From NCBI GenBank assembly GCA_964016885.1, contig OZ024742.1, positions 302,808,001-302,872,000 on the forward strand: a DNA stretch of 64,000 bases, read 5' to 3'. A program made the position numbers and the translations under genes. This DNA comes from Eledone cirrhosa (lineage: Eukaryota). Numbering within the stretch: position 1 is the stretch's first letter; every line of letters starts with the position of its first letter. The notes below the pieces were generated by a model, which was not told the DNA's origin, ran no database searches, and saw nothing but the letters and a program-made list of their open reading frames with translations. Positions 1 through 12,945 of this stretch are shown here, piece by piece.

Positions 1-172
1 AGTTACTGTTTCCTTGAAGCTTGAAGTATATCATTAATAAAATATACTATATCATGTAATGCAACAAAATTCTTCTTATGTCACCGTATCTTCGACATGG
101 TTGTTTTGTTAATTAGGAGTTGCTCATCACATCTCCCAACACCTTTCTGTATGTATGTATGTATGTATGTAT

Positions 173-2677
173 GTTTTCTCTTTCTCTTAATTTCGAGTAT
201 ATTTTTTTGACCGGCCACCTTCCTGGTGGCAAGGTTGTAAAAGAAAAGAAATTGTCATCCCTTGAATCGCAAGAATGTTTTGCATATTTTGAAGGTGTCA
301 GCTATCGCAGCCATTTGTAGACTATGAATTAGGGAGCTGCGCTTTTTGTCCGCAAATCCAAGTTCGGTCATACTTTGGTCCAAGCGGGTTGGTATATAAC
401 CCGTAGCACCAATAATGATGGGTATGAAGCTAAAGGTGTATCTTGGATACTGGATTTGTAAGCTCCTCATCAATGGTCCGTAGATGTCCTCCTTCTCCTG
501 TATTTTTCTGACAACGTTTACATCAAGTGGGCAGCTGATCTCCACAACAGAATACGTTTTCAATGTGTGGTCCCAAACTACAATATCAGGCCGGTTGTGC
601 TTTAATTTGGTGGCAGTTTTTATTTTCAGGTTCCACCAGTATTCCTTAGTGCCATCTGTCTCAATATATTCTTCCTCGTTTGTTGTTAATTTTGTTTTCC
701 GAAGTGCGTTCCAGATAGTTCTAGCTATCCCATCGTGTCTCATGGGGAGGTAGTAGCGAGATGACATTCTTTCGCAGCTGGCAACAATGTGGCTTACATC
801 CTCGATCTTTGTTTTACATAGCCTACATTTATTGTCAGCTGCTGGCCCTCCTCTTTTGTGCAGCAGATATTTGGTAGGGAGTTCTTGTTCCTGTATTGCA
901 TAGAGATATCCCTCAAGGTGTGATGTCATAAACTTGTCGGAACTCCATGCCAGGCTTTTTGAGTGGTTTATCCCCTCTATGGTCTGTGTTTTACGCCTCA
1001 AGTATCCATGCACAACTTTCTCTGTAAATTGGTCAATTTTTTTTTCTTGTTTGAACATTGAATAGGATCTTCCGATTTCTCTGGGTGAGAGATTTATATC
1101 AGGCTTTATTCCATATCTCTCCTCCAGATCAGTCGCTATTCTAATGATATTTCTTTTTTCATGCTCATAAACCTGAGCAAGATGGTCGCCAACCTTTTTC
1201 CTCTGTTGAAGGTGTTGCTTCAGTGTTACTATCCGGGTCTCATATGTTGTTAATATTGATTTTAGACCCCGGCCACCTTCCTTGCGTGAGAAGTATAGCC
1301 TATCCACATCACCATTGATGTTAAAGTTCCCAGTAACACTGAGAAGTTTACGAGTTCTAACATCCATCTCACTTAGTTCTTGCAATGACCAGTTCAGTAG
1401 GCCAAATGTTGGCGTTATAATTGGCACAGCATAGGTATTGTGGGCAATGTATTTGTTGTATGCTGACAGTTCTGATGACCATATTTTTTTTACTCTTCTG
1501 AGGTATTCAGTTCTGGTTCTCTCCTTATTTATGGGTCCATCATATCTGACATTCTCATCCTGTCCAAGATATCTGTAGTTGTCACCTGACTGCAGAGGTT
1601 GTATTGTCAGGCCGTTCATATCTAGATTTCTAGAGGAGGGCACAGCTCTTCCACGTTTTACTGCCAAATATGCACACTTGGACTCACCAAATTTCATTTT
1701 GATCTCGGTTGAAAATTGTGTAATGAGGTCCAATTGTTTCTTGATGTCATTGATATTTGGCCCATACAACTTCAGGTCATCAACAAAGAAAAGATGGGAG
1801 ATACTTCTGGGCCCACTTCTTTGTCCACCTTGTTTCCTGAGTAGGTAAGATAGTGGATTCAGTGAGAGAACGAAGAGTAGTACTGACAAGCTATCACCCT
1901 GAAAGATGCCCTTCTGGTAATGTATCCTATCAGTCTTAACCTGCTCCTTCTCACCTCTAAGGATCAAATTGGTGTACCAGTTCTTGGTCAGGCGTTCAAC
2001 AGCAGCTACTAATGGTTGTGGGACTTTAGCTAACTGTAAAGCCTTAATAATCCACCCATGAGGTACACTATCAAATGCTTTTTGATAGTCCAGCCACACG
2101 ACAGTCATGTTTCTGCGATTCTTTGTTGTTTTTTCCTGAATCATTTTGTTAGTTAGTAGGTGATCTATGCAACCCCACACCTCCCTCTTTCCACCAGCTT
2201 GCTCAGGTGTTATGATGTTGTTGGTAGCACAGTGATCCTGTAAGAACAGGTTAAGGCACCCAGTATATAATTTATACATGATGTTTTGGCAGGCAATTGG
2301 GCGGTAATTTTTAGCAAGGGTGGTTTGGCTATTTTTGGGAATGAGGAGAGTAGTGGCAGTTGATAACCATCTGGGCAGTTCTTGTGTGCCCTTAATGGTT
2401 TCTGTAAACAGCCGTGTGAGATCTTGCCGATAGAAAGTGAAATTCTTCAACCAGTATCCTGTAATGAGGTCTGGGCCTCGCTATTTTCTGTAGAGCTGTT
2501 TCCAGTATTGACCCATCTATGTCATATTGTTTTGTCTGGACATGTTGGCAGTAGTCCTGTTCCAGTTGTTTTAGCCAATTAGCTTGTCTGTTGAATCCGT
2601 CATCCGTTTCCCATACAGATCTCCAGTAGTTCTCAACCTGTTCTTTTGAAGGGGTGTCGTTTACAGGGATTGAGCTT
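173..2677 (-). mobile_element. 5'-truncated non-LTR retrotransposon, RLE type (R4/Dong-like), inserted in (TATG)n
   Basis: RT ORF plus ~80-nt 3'UTR with hairpin gccacc-aggaa-ggtggc; (TATG)n directly abuts both ends (147-172 and 2678-2756). Confidence 0.9.
255..2450 (-). CDS. Reverse transcriptase + CCHC zinc knuckle + restriction-like endonuclease (C-terminal 731 aa)
   Basis: Motifs YRPIAC, EQAGG, WLDYQKAFDSVPH, GIFQGDSLS, HLFFVDDLK, YRYLG, GGRGL; CRLC..EDVSHIVASC..RHD knuckle; RPDIVV..VVEISCP..KEDIY RLE. The upstream part (2478-2677, YWRSVWE..WLKQLE) is in another frame, so there is one frameshift just before GPDLITGYWLKNF. Confidence 0.92.
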   Translation of the reverse strand: MKNFTFYRQDLTRLFTETIKGTQELPRWLSTATTLLIPKNSQTTLAKNYRPIACQNIMYKLYTGCLNLFLQDHCATNNIITPEQAGGKREVWGCIDHLLTNKMIQEKTTKNRRNMTVVWLDYQKAFDSVPHGWIIKALQLAKVPQPLVAAVERLTKNWYTNLILRGEKEQVKTDRIHYQKGIFQGDSLSVLLFVLSLNPLSYLLRKQGGQRSGPRSISHLFFVDDLKLYGPNINDIKKQLDLITQFSTEIKMKFGESKCAYLAVKRGRAVPSSRNLDMNGLTIQPLQSGDNYRYLGQDENVRYDGPINKERTRTEYLRRVKKIWSSELSAYNKYIAHNTYAVPIITPTFGLLNWSLQELSEMDVRTRKLLSVTGNFNINGDVDRLYFSRKEGGRGLKSILTTYETRIVTLKQHLQQRKKVGDHLAQVYEHEKRNIIRIATDLEERYGIKPDINLSPREIGRSYSMFKQEKKIDQFTEKVVHGYLRRKTQTIEGINHSKSLAWSSDKFMTSHLEGYLYAIQEQELPTKYLLHKRGGPAADNKCRLCKTKIEDVSHIVASCERMSSRYYLPMRHDGIARTIWNALRKTKLTTNEEEYIETDGTKEYWWNLKIKTATKLKHNRPDIVVWDHTLKTYSVVEISCPLDVNVVRKIQEKEDIYGPLMRSLQIQYPRYTFSFIPIIIGATGYIPTRLDQSMTELGFADKKRSSLIHSLQMAAIADTFKICKTFLRFKG

Positions 2678-2727
2678 TGTATGTATGTATGTATGTATGT
2701 ATGTATGTATGTATGTATGTATGTATG

Positions 2728-2756
<29 letters not shown>
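2678..2756. repeat. (TATG)n microsatellite
   Basis: Pure tetranucleotide run; further runs at 147-172, 3299-3394 and 4023-4043. Confidence 0.98.
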
Positions 2757-2758
<2 letters not shown>

Positions 2759-3299
2759 CATGTATCCCAGTACAACCTGTCTCATGGTCGGGTCGTTGGC
2801 GACTAAACTAGCGACATACTGCAGGACTAAAAACAAAACCTGTCAAAGGGCAAAGGAGCTCTTAAGAGTCAATGGCCATCCAAAATCACCGGGAGAGATG
2901 ACCCCTTAGCCTTTGTCAGGGCAGAATTCTAGGAGAAGGAAAACTCTGATATAACACCTGCAACACTGATGGTATCCAATGATGTTGACTTGTTCTTCTT
3001 TTTGGTAAATATCATCTTGGTTAAGAGAGTGGGGCTGGCTTTGTGCAGTGCCTTTGCTCACTATAAAAGCTTCACGGCACAGGCATTGCTTTATATCTGG
3101 AGATCTCTCTGCACTTGTCGTCACATGGTACCATGGGCCCAGTACTATGTGTCAATACTTGTCACAGGTGTAGTGTTTGTACCAGAGTTTTCAAGTCGCT
3201 GGCTGGACTAAAAAGTCACACTCGTTCAGTGCATCGGTAGGGGTTCTCCTACATGGATATAAAGTAGTGGCCGTACTCGAAAACGAGTTGGCAGCCACC
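2757..3299 (+). mobile_element. RTE-derived non-autonomous element, family A (5'-clipped, internal deletion)
   Basis: Near-identical to 21795-22404 (minus). 3' part encodes an RTE-type terminal C2H2 finger [23 protein letters not shown]; followed by a (TATG)n tail. Confidence 0.8.
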
Positions 3300-3393
3300 A
3301 TGTATGTATGTATGTATGTATGTATGTATGTATGTATGTATGTATGTATGTATGTATGTATGTATGTATGTATGTATGTATGTATGTATGTAT

Positions 3394-4022
3394 GTCGGGT
3401 CACTCTTGAGTGCTACTGGTAACATGTAACCCAGTACAACCTGTCGCATGGTCGAGTCGTCGGCGACTAAACCGGTAACCCCACCAAGTATACTTGGTGA
3501 GGAGGGTGATTTTGGACACCCTGCAGGACAAAAAACAAAACCTGATAAAGGGCGGAAGAACTCATAAGAGTCAACGGCCATCCAAAAGTGTGTAAATATG
3601 TATATACACATGTACATATGTATGTATATGTATATGTGTATATTCATAGGTCTACGTGTATGTATAAGCGCGGGGACATAGAAATAGTCGGGCTGGACAC
3701 CTGATCGCGCGGTTAAACCACTGGGAGTGAAGGACCCCGAGCCTTTGTCAGGGCATTCTTCTATGAGAAGGCAACTCAGGAAACTGGGATAACTCCGATA
3801 TAAAACCTGCGGCTCAGTAGTTACCGATGATGTTGATCTTTTCTTCTTTTCGGGTTATAGCTACTGTCGCTCAGAGAGTGGGATTGGCTCAGTGCACAGT
3901 CTTTCCTCACTTTAAAAAATATCTTCACGCACAGGCATTGCACGATAGAATTAATTAATAATTATTAAAAATGGTATATTGTGCAATGGCCATACTCGAT
4001 AACGAGGGGGCAGCCATCATCA
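3394..4022 (+). mobile_element. RTE-derived non-autonomous element, family B
   Basis: Shares the structured 5' ~195 nt, central blocks and 3' end (ggcc.tactcga.aacgag..ggcagcca.ca) with family A; (TATG)n tail. Confidence 0.75.
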
Positions 4023-4049
4023 TATGTATGTATGTATGTATGTTTGAAT

Positions 4050-4178
<129 letters not shown>

Positions 4179-4205
4179 CATATATATATATATACACATA
4201 TATAC

Positions 4206-4298
<93 letters not shown>

Positions 4299-4373
4299 TA
4301 CATACATACATCTATATATATATATACACATATATACATACATACATACACAGATATATATATATACACATAT

Positions 4374-4434
<61 letters not shown>

Positions 4435-4436
<2 letters not shown>

Positions 4437-4490
4437 AAAGACTGAAATTGGAGATAATAGCCTCCATGGGAGAGACAATACTGAGGATAA

Positions 4491-4533
<43 letters not shown>

Positions 4534-5528
4534 TAGCATTAAAGCCCGGCGTTGCTCGGAGTCAGTAAGTTACCAAAGTTAGGTTGCACCACCCATTTTA
4601 TGGCAGCACTTTTTTGTCTGCCAGGCACTGGGTGAATGAATTGCAGACCTGGACTGCCGAAGCAGGAGCTGCGCCAGCAGTGACAATTGTAGTTTCGCCT
4701 ATGGATATTATCTCTGTGCAAAGAAGTGTTGAAAATTATTGTTTCACAGTACTTGTGCAACACGCGCGTAGACGATGCCAGCCGAACAACAGAGCTGCGA
4801 TGGAGTTGTTCTGCATGGTTGTCTAATGTGTGTTTTCTAAATTTAAGACAGTAGGGAAGGGTGTGATATGGGGGAGAGTTAGCTGCTGTTTCTAGCAGGT
4901 TTAGTGACCTCATAGAGGATATGCTTTCTAAATGTAAGACAGTAGGGAGTGGTGTGATAAGGGGGAGAGTTAGTTGCTGTTTCTAGCAGGTTTAGTGACC
5001 TCATAGAGTATATTATTGTGTATAGTAAATAATCTGATATTTCTTTCTTCCACGTTCGTTGAGAGGTTTTAAAAAGATTTATCGCTATTTTTGTTGTTGT
5101 TGAATAAATTTATCTGTTGCTTTTGAATAATTGTTGTTTCGTATGAAATGTAATAAGTTCTCTTTGCCAGTGAAGTAAATATATGTTTGACCGTTCCACA
5201 CTCAAAAACAAACGTTCTCTCTCTCTCTCCCTCTCCCTCTCTTCTCTCTCTCTTCGGCGTTCCTAAAGGAAGTTTGTAAGCATGTATGTAGTTTTATTGA
5301 ATTTTAAGGGGAGTAGAGAGAGGTAATCACATTCTATTAGAGGGTTAAGCGTCATGTATTTAGTTTTATCGATTATTTCCATAATTGTGGGTGAGTTTGA
5401 ATGAAATAAATAGTCGTTGACATTCTTACAGACGTTGAGTCGAATCGGTTTGAAATTGTGCAAATGTATAAACATGGAACATGCACACACACATACACAC
5501 ACAACAACAATCTGCCTTTTATAGATAA

Positions 5529-5589
<61 letters not shown>

Positions 5590-5655
5590 TACATATACGT
5601 TACCCTCAGTATTGTCTCTCCCATGGAGGCTATTATCTCCAATTTCAGTCTTTCT
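4435..5655. repeat. ~66-bp inverted repeat (4435-4500 / 5590-5655) flanking a (TA)n tract and a Helitron
   Basis: agaaagactgaaattggagataatagcctccatgggagagacaatactgagg recurs as its reverse complement at 5604-5655. Confidence 0.9.
4533..5531 (-). mobile_element. Non-autonomous Helitron
   Basis: Minus strand starts A|TC (5531) and ends with GC-rich hairpin ccgagcaacgccggg then CTAG|T (4533); no TSD; internal ~90-bp tandem duplication at 4830-5008. Confidence 0.75.
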
Positions 5656-6619
5656 TTGCTGTTGCAGTTCTAAGCACCCATCTTTCATGCCATTTATGAT
5701 TCGCCTTTGCAATTACAAGTAATCCTATTTTCTCAATGCAATTAATTATTGCTTGTATTTGAAATTCTTCCAAATGTTTCCTTCATATGACAAGATATCA
5801 TTGTATCGAAGTTTGGGACACGGTGACATTTCATTCCGCTAGAAGCTCCTAACGCATGTCTCTCTAAAACTAGATCATAGAAATAAACCTTCAGACTTAT
5901 ACTTAACGAACAACGAATTCTCAAATAGCATAGGTCCTCTCCTTCATCCCTCTGAACAGACTACTGATTAAACATTTAGAAATAATATTCTAATAATCTT
6001 GCTGGATTTGAACTACGACTAGATAATCTTATTTTTATTCTACTTTCTATACTCTCCATTATATTTCAAAACTAAATTTACTGATGTTACTGAAATAATT
6101 CAATTAGACATGAAATATGAGATGAATTCTATTTGATGCACAGATATAGAGAAATTTGCCCGATTACAGTTGTTCATGATATTCAACAATGGCCGACTGT
6201 TTCATTGATGACTAGATCGTTTCATTACAATGCATTACAATTGCTGATGTATATAGGTTTAGTCGATGGCAGGATGGCAGGAGCTGTATTGCACTGTAGC
6301 TGTTACTGTGTAGATATGTTACTGCGTTGCATGTTTCTGAAGGTTGTCATATTTGTGTGTGTAAGTGTTTATAAATGCGAGTGTATATTAGGCCCATGAG
6401 TGTGTGTGTTAGTGAGTATATGCGTATTTAGGCTATATATAAATATATATATATATATATATCCAGGGAATGGAGTGTAACTTGGAGTTATTGTAGGTTC
6501 CCCCGGGTGAGCACTCGATGTTTAGGTTCACTTCAGTGTCGAGGTGTAGAGCTAGACAGAGTGTATTACAGTCAAATAACATAACAAGGACGATTGGTTA
6601 CTCCTTCATTACGTTCATT

Positions 6620-6710
6620 GGTTGGTGACGCGCGTTTCGCCACTGATCAGCTCAAGGTTCGATCTGTATCGACCTAATCCGACTCTGTAATCCGCGGCTC
6701 ATCATACCCC
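6620..6710 (-). ncRNA. Type I hammerhead-like motif, variant core AUGAUGA
   Basis: GGT-ATGATGA-GCCGC[long loop]GTGGC-GAAA-CGCGCG-TC^ACC; palindromic stem III; lies in a TA-flanked fragment ~6463-6727. Confidence 0.65.
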
Positions 6711-6870
6711 TTGTAATGCTAATGGAATATATATATAGTTACAGGTGGCGTGCCTTTCGAAGTACTCGAAGCGTTACGAGATCCGTTTCGTTTCGGTTAT
6801 ATTGTAGTGAGCAGAGTGTAAATAGATTTTAAAAAATCGAAGTCAGTGTTGCAGTGTACAAAGTTAATTT

Positions 6871-6959
6871 GCCTATTTGAATTGTTTCGATATCGATCAA
6901 CTCAGGGTTCAATCAAGGTGACGGGACCCGATTCCTTTTCGACATCTCATCATATATGC
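6871..6959 (-). ncRNA. Decayed hammerhead-like motif, core AUGAUGA
   Basis: GCATAT-ATGATGA-GATGTCGA[loop]TCGATATC-GAAA-CAATTC-AA-ATAGGC; cleavage triplet lost. Confidence 0.45.
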
Positions 6960-7002
6960 GAGCTTATATGTGCAAAGGTACATCTAAATTCGTTTATATA
7001 TA

Positions 7003-7098
7003 TATATTTGCTCTAGGGTTCTTATATATTTGATATATATTTATCCTTATCGAGCCCTCTCTGGATTTTAGTCTTCGCATTTATTATTATTATTACTA
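7003..7098 (+). mobile_element. Solo 3' tip of the Penelope PLE1 pLTR
   Basis: Matches 16516-16607 and 19779-19873 (tttgctcta.ggttcttatat...ttatccttatcgagccctct.tggattttagtcttc). Confidence 0.85.
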
Positions 7099-7112
7099 TC
7101 CTCTCTTTATGA

Positions 7113-7234
7113 TCTGAGTTCAAATCCCGCCGAGGTTAACTTTGCCTTTCATCCTTACGGGGTCGATAAAATAAAGTACCAGTAATGTACTGGGTAATTT
7201 CTGGCCTTGTGCCAAAAGTAGAAACAATTATTAC

Positions 7235-7235
<1 letters not shown>
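7113..7235 (+). mobile_element. Abundant tRNA-derived SINE (gagttcaaatcccgccgaggttaactttgcctttcatcc family)
   Basis: B-box-like gagttcaaatccc; same family at ~12215-12303(-), 12389-12582(+), 33130-33480(-), 39645-39731(-), 47313-47478(+), 47925-48088(+), 48122-48305(-), 48945-49163(+). Confidence 0.85.
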
Positions 7236-7292
<57 letters not shown>

Positions 7293-7418
7293 TGTGTGTG
7301 TGTGTGTATTCCCTGTTTGAGTTTTAAGAAAGCATTGATATTTAAGATTCTAATTTACCCCTGTCCACGTTTGGAGTTATATTTAAAGATTTAGACCTTC
7401 GCTGGACTTGCGGCAAAA

Positions 7419-7574
<156 letters not shown>

Positions 7575-8260
7575 GTTCCCCAAATGTAATTACCAGTTTT
7601 AGTGGTTTTCCTCTTCATGTTTATATTATTTAGTGTTAAATTATTTCTTATGGGACAACAATAACTGCGGATTGTATTTTAATATTTCAAACATGTTTTC
7701 TTCATTTGCAATGCTCAGCTTCTCAATATCAATTTTGCATTTGGAATATTATATTTCCTATCTTTTCTATACGAATATTTAAGTTGGTAAAACAGTTGCC
7801 ACATTTTTCACATTCCTTTGTTTCTGTTATTGTTTCGATATTAATATATTTAGTAGAAATGTGTAAGTAAAATTCGTATATGATTTCCATCACCATTTTG
7901 TGCGATTATTTGATGAGATGTTTGAAATTCGTCTTATGACTAAATATCTTTTGTGTACAGAAAACAAGTTTTATTAAAATTTCTCTGTAATATAAGAAGT
8001 AATTTTTTTCTGCCTGTACTTTCTTTTAACTTTTTTAATTCGTTTGACAATACATTGAGTTAAAAAAATATTTTATACGGCACAATATAGGTTCCATTCA
8101 TTTGCCTGCCCTTTTCTTCCAATTAAATTATTTGCCTTATATGCAGTAGACGTAGCATGGTAAAATGGTTTAGAGATTTTCTAGGCCATAAGTAGGCCTC
8201 TGTGTGGATTAGCGACAGTTAAGTTTAAGCAGTTTTCTCCTGTTCTTCTATTAATATTTC

Positions 8261-8529
8261 CTTAGTGACAGATAAAAGATCCAGGGGTAGACCACGAGCA
8301 AGATGGTTGGATAACAGCCATAAGCTTGGCTGGTCACGCTTGGGGATCCAGCTCGATCAGTTGGAGACGGTTGCTTCTGACAGGACTCACTGGACGGAGA
8401 TTTTGAGGATTCTGTTCCTGTGACCCTTTAAGGAATAAGTGGGCGAAGAAGAAGAAGAAGAAGAAGAAGAAGAAGAAGAAGAAGAAGAAGAAGAAGAAGA
8501 AGAAGAAGAAGAAGAAGAAGAAGAAGAAG
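8261..8529 (+). mobile_element. 3' fragment of an RTE (Expander/Rex3-like) LINE with (GAA)n tail
   Basis: Translates KRSRGRPRARWLDNSHKLGWSRLGIQLDQLETVASDRTHWTEILRILFL*, the typical RTE C-terminus; (GAA)n at 8445-8530. Confidence 0.8.
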
Positions 8530-8929
8530 ACAGATAATTTCAAAGTGTTTTCCTGTTCTATCAATATTCTCTAAAGTTTAATATACTCCATTAGGAACAT
8601 ACACTCTTCATTTATCACAAAGGAAACCATCGTTTGTTTAGAAATGGGTTTGCTTTACATCCTCATGATGTTTCAGCACTGGCTTATTAAATTAATTAGT
8701 ATATGATGTAAGTAGAACAAATATTCAAACGCATATATATTACGTCTCATGAGCCACGAGGAATTATCTAAGGCTTCTAAAGTATGCACAGAGAAGATGA
8801 TGTTATGAAAATATGACTTTAATTGTCATGTACTGCTAATGGGTATGGCAGAAAATTTACACTGGAATTCAAAAATAGCTACCATATTATGTCTACCACT
8901 TTATCATATTGATAATTGTAAATGCTTCA

Positions 8930-9080
8930 TGGCCGAATGGTTTAGAACTTCGCCTCAAAATCTTTAGGTTGCAGGTTCAATCCCATTGCGTGGCATCTTG
9001 AGTAAGTGTCACTTACTATAGCCTCTAGACAACCCATGTCTTATGATTGAAATTGGGTAGACGGAAACTGGATGGAATAG
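8930..9080 (+). mobile_element. tRNA-derived SINE fragment
   Basis: A-box tggccgaatggtt and B-box ggttcaatccc, followed by a non-tRNA body. Confidence 0.65.
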
Positions 9081-10450
9081 ACAGTACCTGTAATTAAATC
9101 AGTCAGCCTTACCTCAATTTGAGTCACGGTAAACATCCATATGAATTACGTTAAAACATTAACTTTATTAGCAGGCTATACCTTTGATCAAATAGCCGGA
9201 ACACTCAGCGTCGAAACTCCACGGATATTCGTTTCATTGATATTTGTAACGCTTTCAACTCAATTTACACTATTCTTGTATATTCCGTGAAAAACCGTCG
9301 TGATGGTCAAATATTTGTAACGTCTATGAAGGATACATCAAACATAGTTAAAATGACCTTTTCTGATTAACGTCACAGGATTCTTGGAAAAGGTAATTCA
9401 GTCCTAATAGAAATATTTAGTATGGTATGGAACCATTCTAATGTTTAAGTAAGGATTAACGACAACATTTTAAAGGTCAGCCCACACACATCATTTACAT
9501 AGTTACATTCTCTATACTTTCTAAATGTAATATCAAATTGCATATTTTAAAAAGAAAAGGACCATTGGCATTTAGGTGACTTCACAAGAAACAATGTGAA
9601 GTGATGGAAGCTGAACTAAACGTAAAAATGCTATGTGTATAGTCAGAATTCATATATTAAAAATAAGTTTTATATATTTAAAATACATGTTTGGAAAAAT
9701 TACTGCGAAAATTCTATAACAGGATGTTATTGAGACATTTTCTAAACTGGGTCAAATAGAATGAAAAGACAAATAAAAAACTAACCTGTTTTTCGTGACG
9801 AGTTGTCGTCTCAAAGAAAATAAGGCCCTCCTAAGTCAGCGATTTGAGGTGTTAGGTTATAAATGAATTAATTCATCGACAAAACCTAGGTCAAAGCTAG
9901 TACGTCAGCGATGTCTGAGATGATAACGAATAGTAAATAAGCACCAACTTTCATACAGGAAATCGACCTCACATAAATCATTATGTATTGGTGATAAACA
10001 TAAAACAACAACTAGAACTACATATTACCTCCATTAATGCCAGCACCAAACACTAACCAAAAACAAAGTGACAACATCAACTAGAAGAATAAGACAAAGA
10101 ACAATACAACTAAAGATAAACTGATAACTGTTTGGTCCAGGCTAGCAAATTCTTATCATAACACTAAGATGTTTTTGTTTATTGTTTGTGTTTGTTTCTT
10201 TTCTAAATGCTTCTGTTGTTTTCGAGGTTGTTGACGTTGACAAAACGGAATCCATCATAATGTTCGACACATATGGATTTTTATCACGTTGCAAACTTTA
10301 GGAAAAGATTTCTGAAGATAAGACAACAGTGCTAAGCTGCAGAAATCAATAGTATGTTTATTTTTTCCGCCATCATTTGAGACGCTAAAGCATCAAAAAT
10401 GGATATTCTTTCATTGATATTTGAAGGAAACAATAAAAATATGAAAAACA

Positions 10451-11570
<1,120 letters not shown>

Positions 11571-11715
11571 TATGATTTATGATGTTGGCAATGTTCAGAC
11601 GTATGTTACAATGTGTTGTTTATGAGGCAGCTTTCTCGCCCCAGTCGTAATGTGCTGCTGTCTTCTTCTTTCATGAAAACACTTGCAAAACTATTACATT
11701 CATACATTATTATAT

Positions 11716-11817
<102 letters not shown>

Positions 11818-11836
11818 TCACATACGTACACACAGG

Positions 11837-11910
<74 letters not shown>

Positions 11911-12945
11911 CACACACACATATATACATATATATATATATATATATAAACTTCGTCTTACGTGTTTAATAATAGACCGTCCGTCTAAAAGTACATCTTT
12001 TAAATCTCAGTGTGGAGATAATTCTGATAAAATAGAATTAATGACGTAGAATATACAACACACGACTGCCAATTATGCGTTTGTTCATATAAAGATATAT
12101 AAATATGTGTTCGTATTCTTATACGCATGCATTGAATGTGGTTGTAAAATATGGTTGATTAGTCAACATGTACAGCCATTGAATATATTAAAACCTAAAA
12201 TGTACTGATATCTAATTTAGGCACAAGACCATGCAAACATGGGACAAGGGCAAAGTTGATTTATTACCCCATAAGGATGAAAGGCAAATTTGACCTCGGT
12301 GATTACGTTATTTGTATTTCACCTTCATTTTTTTATCCCACATATGTAACTGGTAGAAGTCGGTATTATTACATTATTGTTTAAATCCTGGGCGGTGAAT
12401 TGGCAGTATCGGAAAAGGATTGGACGCCACGCTTTCTAGCATAGTTAAGTCCCTTTACAATCTTAGTTCAAATCCCGCCGAGGTTAACTTTGCCTTTCAT
12501 CATTACGGGGTCGATAAAATAAAGTACCAATAATGTACTGGGTAATTGCTGGCCTTGTGCCTAAAGTAGAAACAATTATTGTTTAAATCCTGGTGACAGT
12601 TGATTGTGCAAATAGGTTTCCACCATAAGCAATTATAAACTATATTGTCTAAGCCTCTTTTCCTCATTGAGGTTTGCTAGAGACTTAACTTCTGTTTCTA
12701 ACAGATAAAGCTATCACAGAATCTCCATCAATGTGACAGAAACGTATGTTTACAAAAATGAATGGCATTCAAAACTTAGTTGTGTATCTTCACTTTCTCT
12801 CTTGATGTCATATTCTGCTTTGATCTGTCTGAATCGATACGATTTGTAACAATAAGGTGTCACCTCACTTGACTATCAATTTTTAATAAGGTGGTGGGCA
12901 GCTGTCTGTTATTTTGTTGTTGTTGAAGTCGGATTTAGTGATATA

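Noticed and set aside
11630-11680. HYDWG peptide reminiscent of dynein heavy chain
   Set aside because: Flanked by stops, and neighbouring residues do not match.
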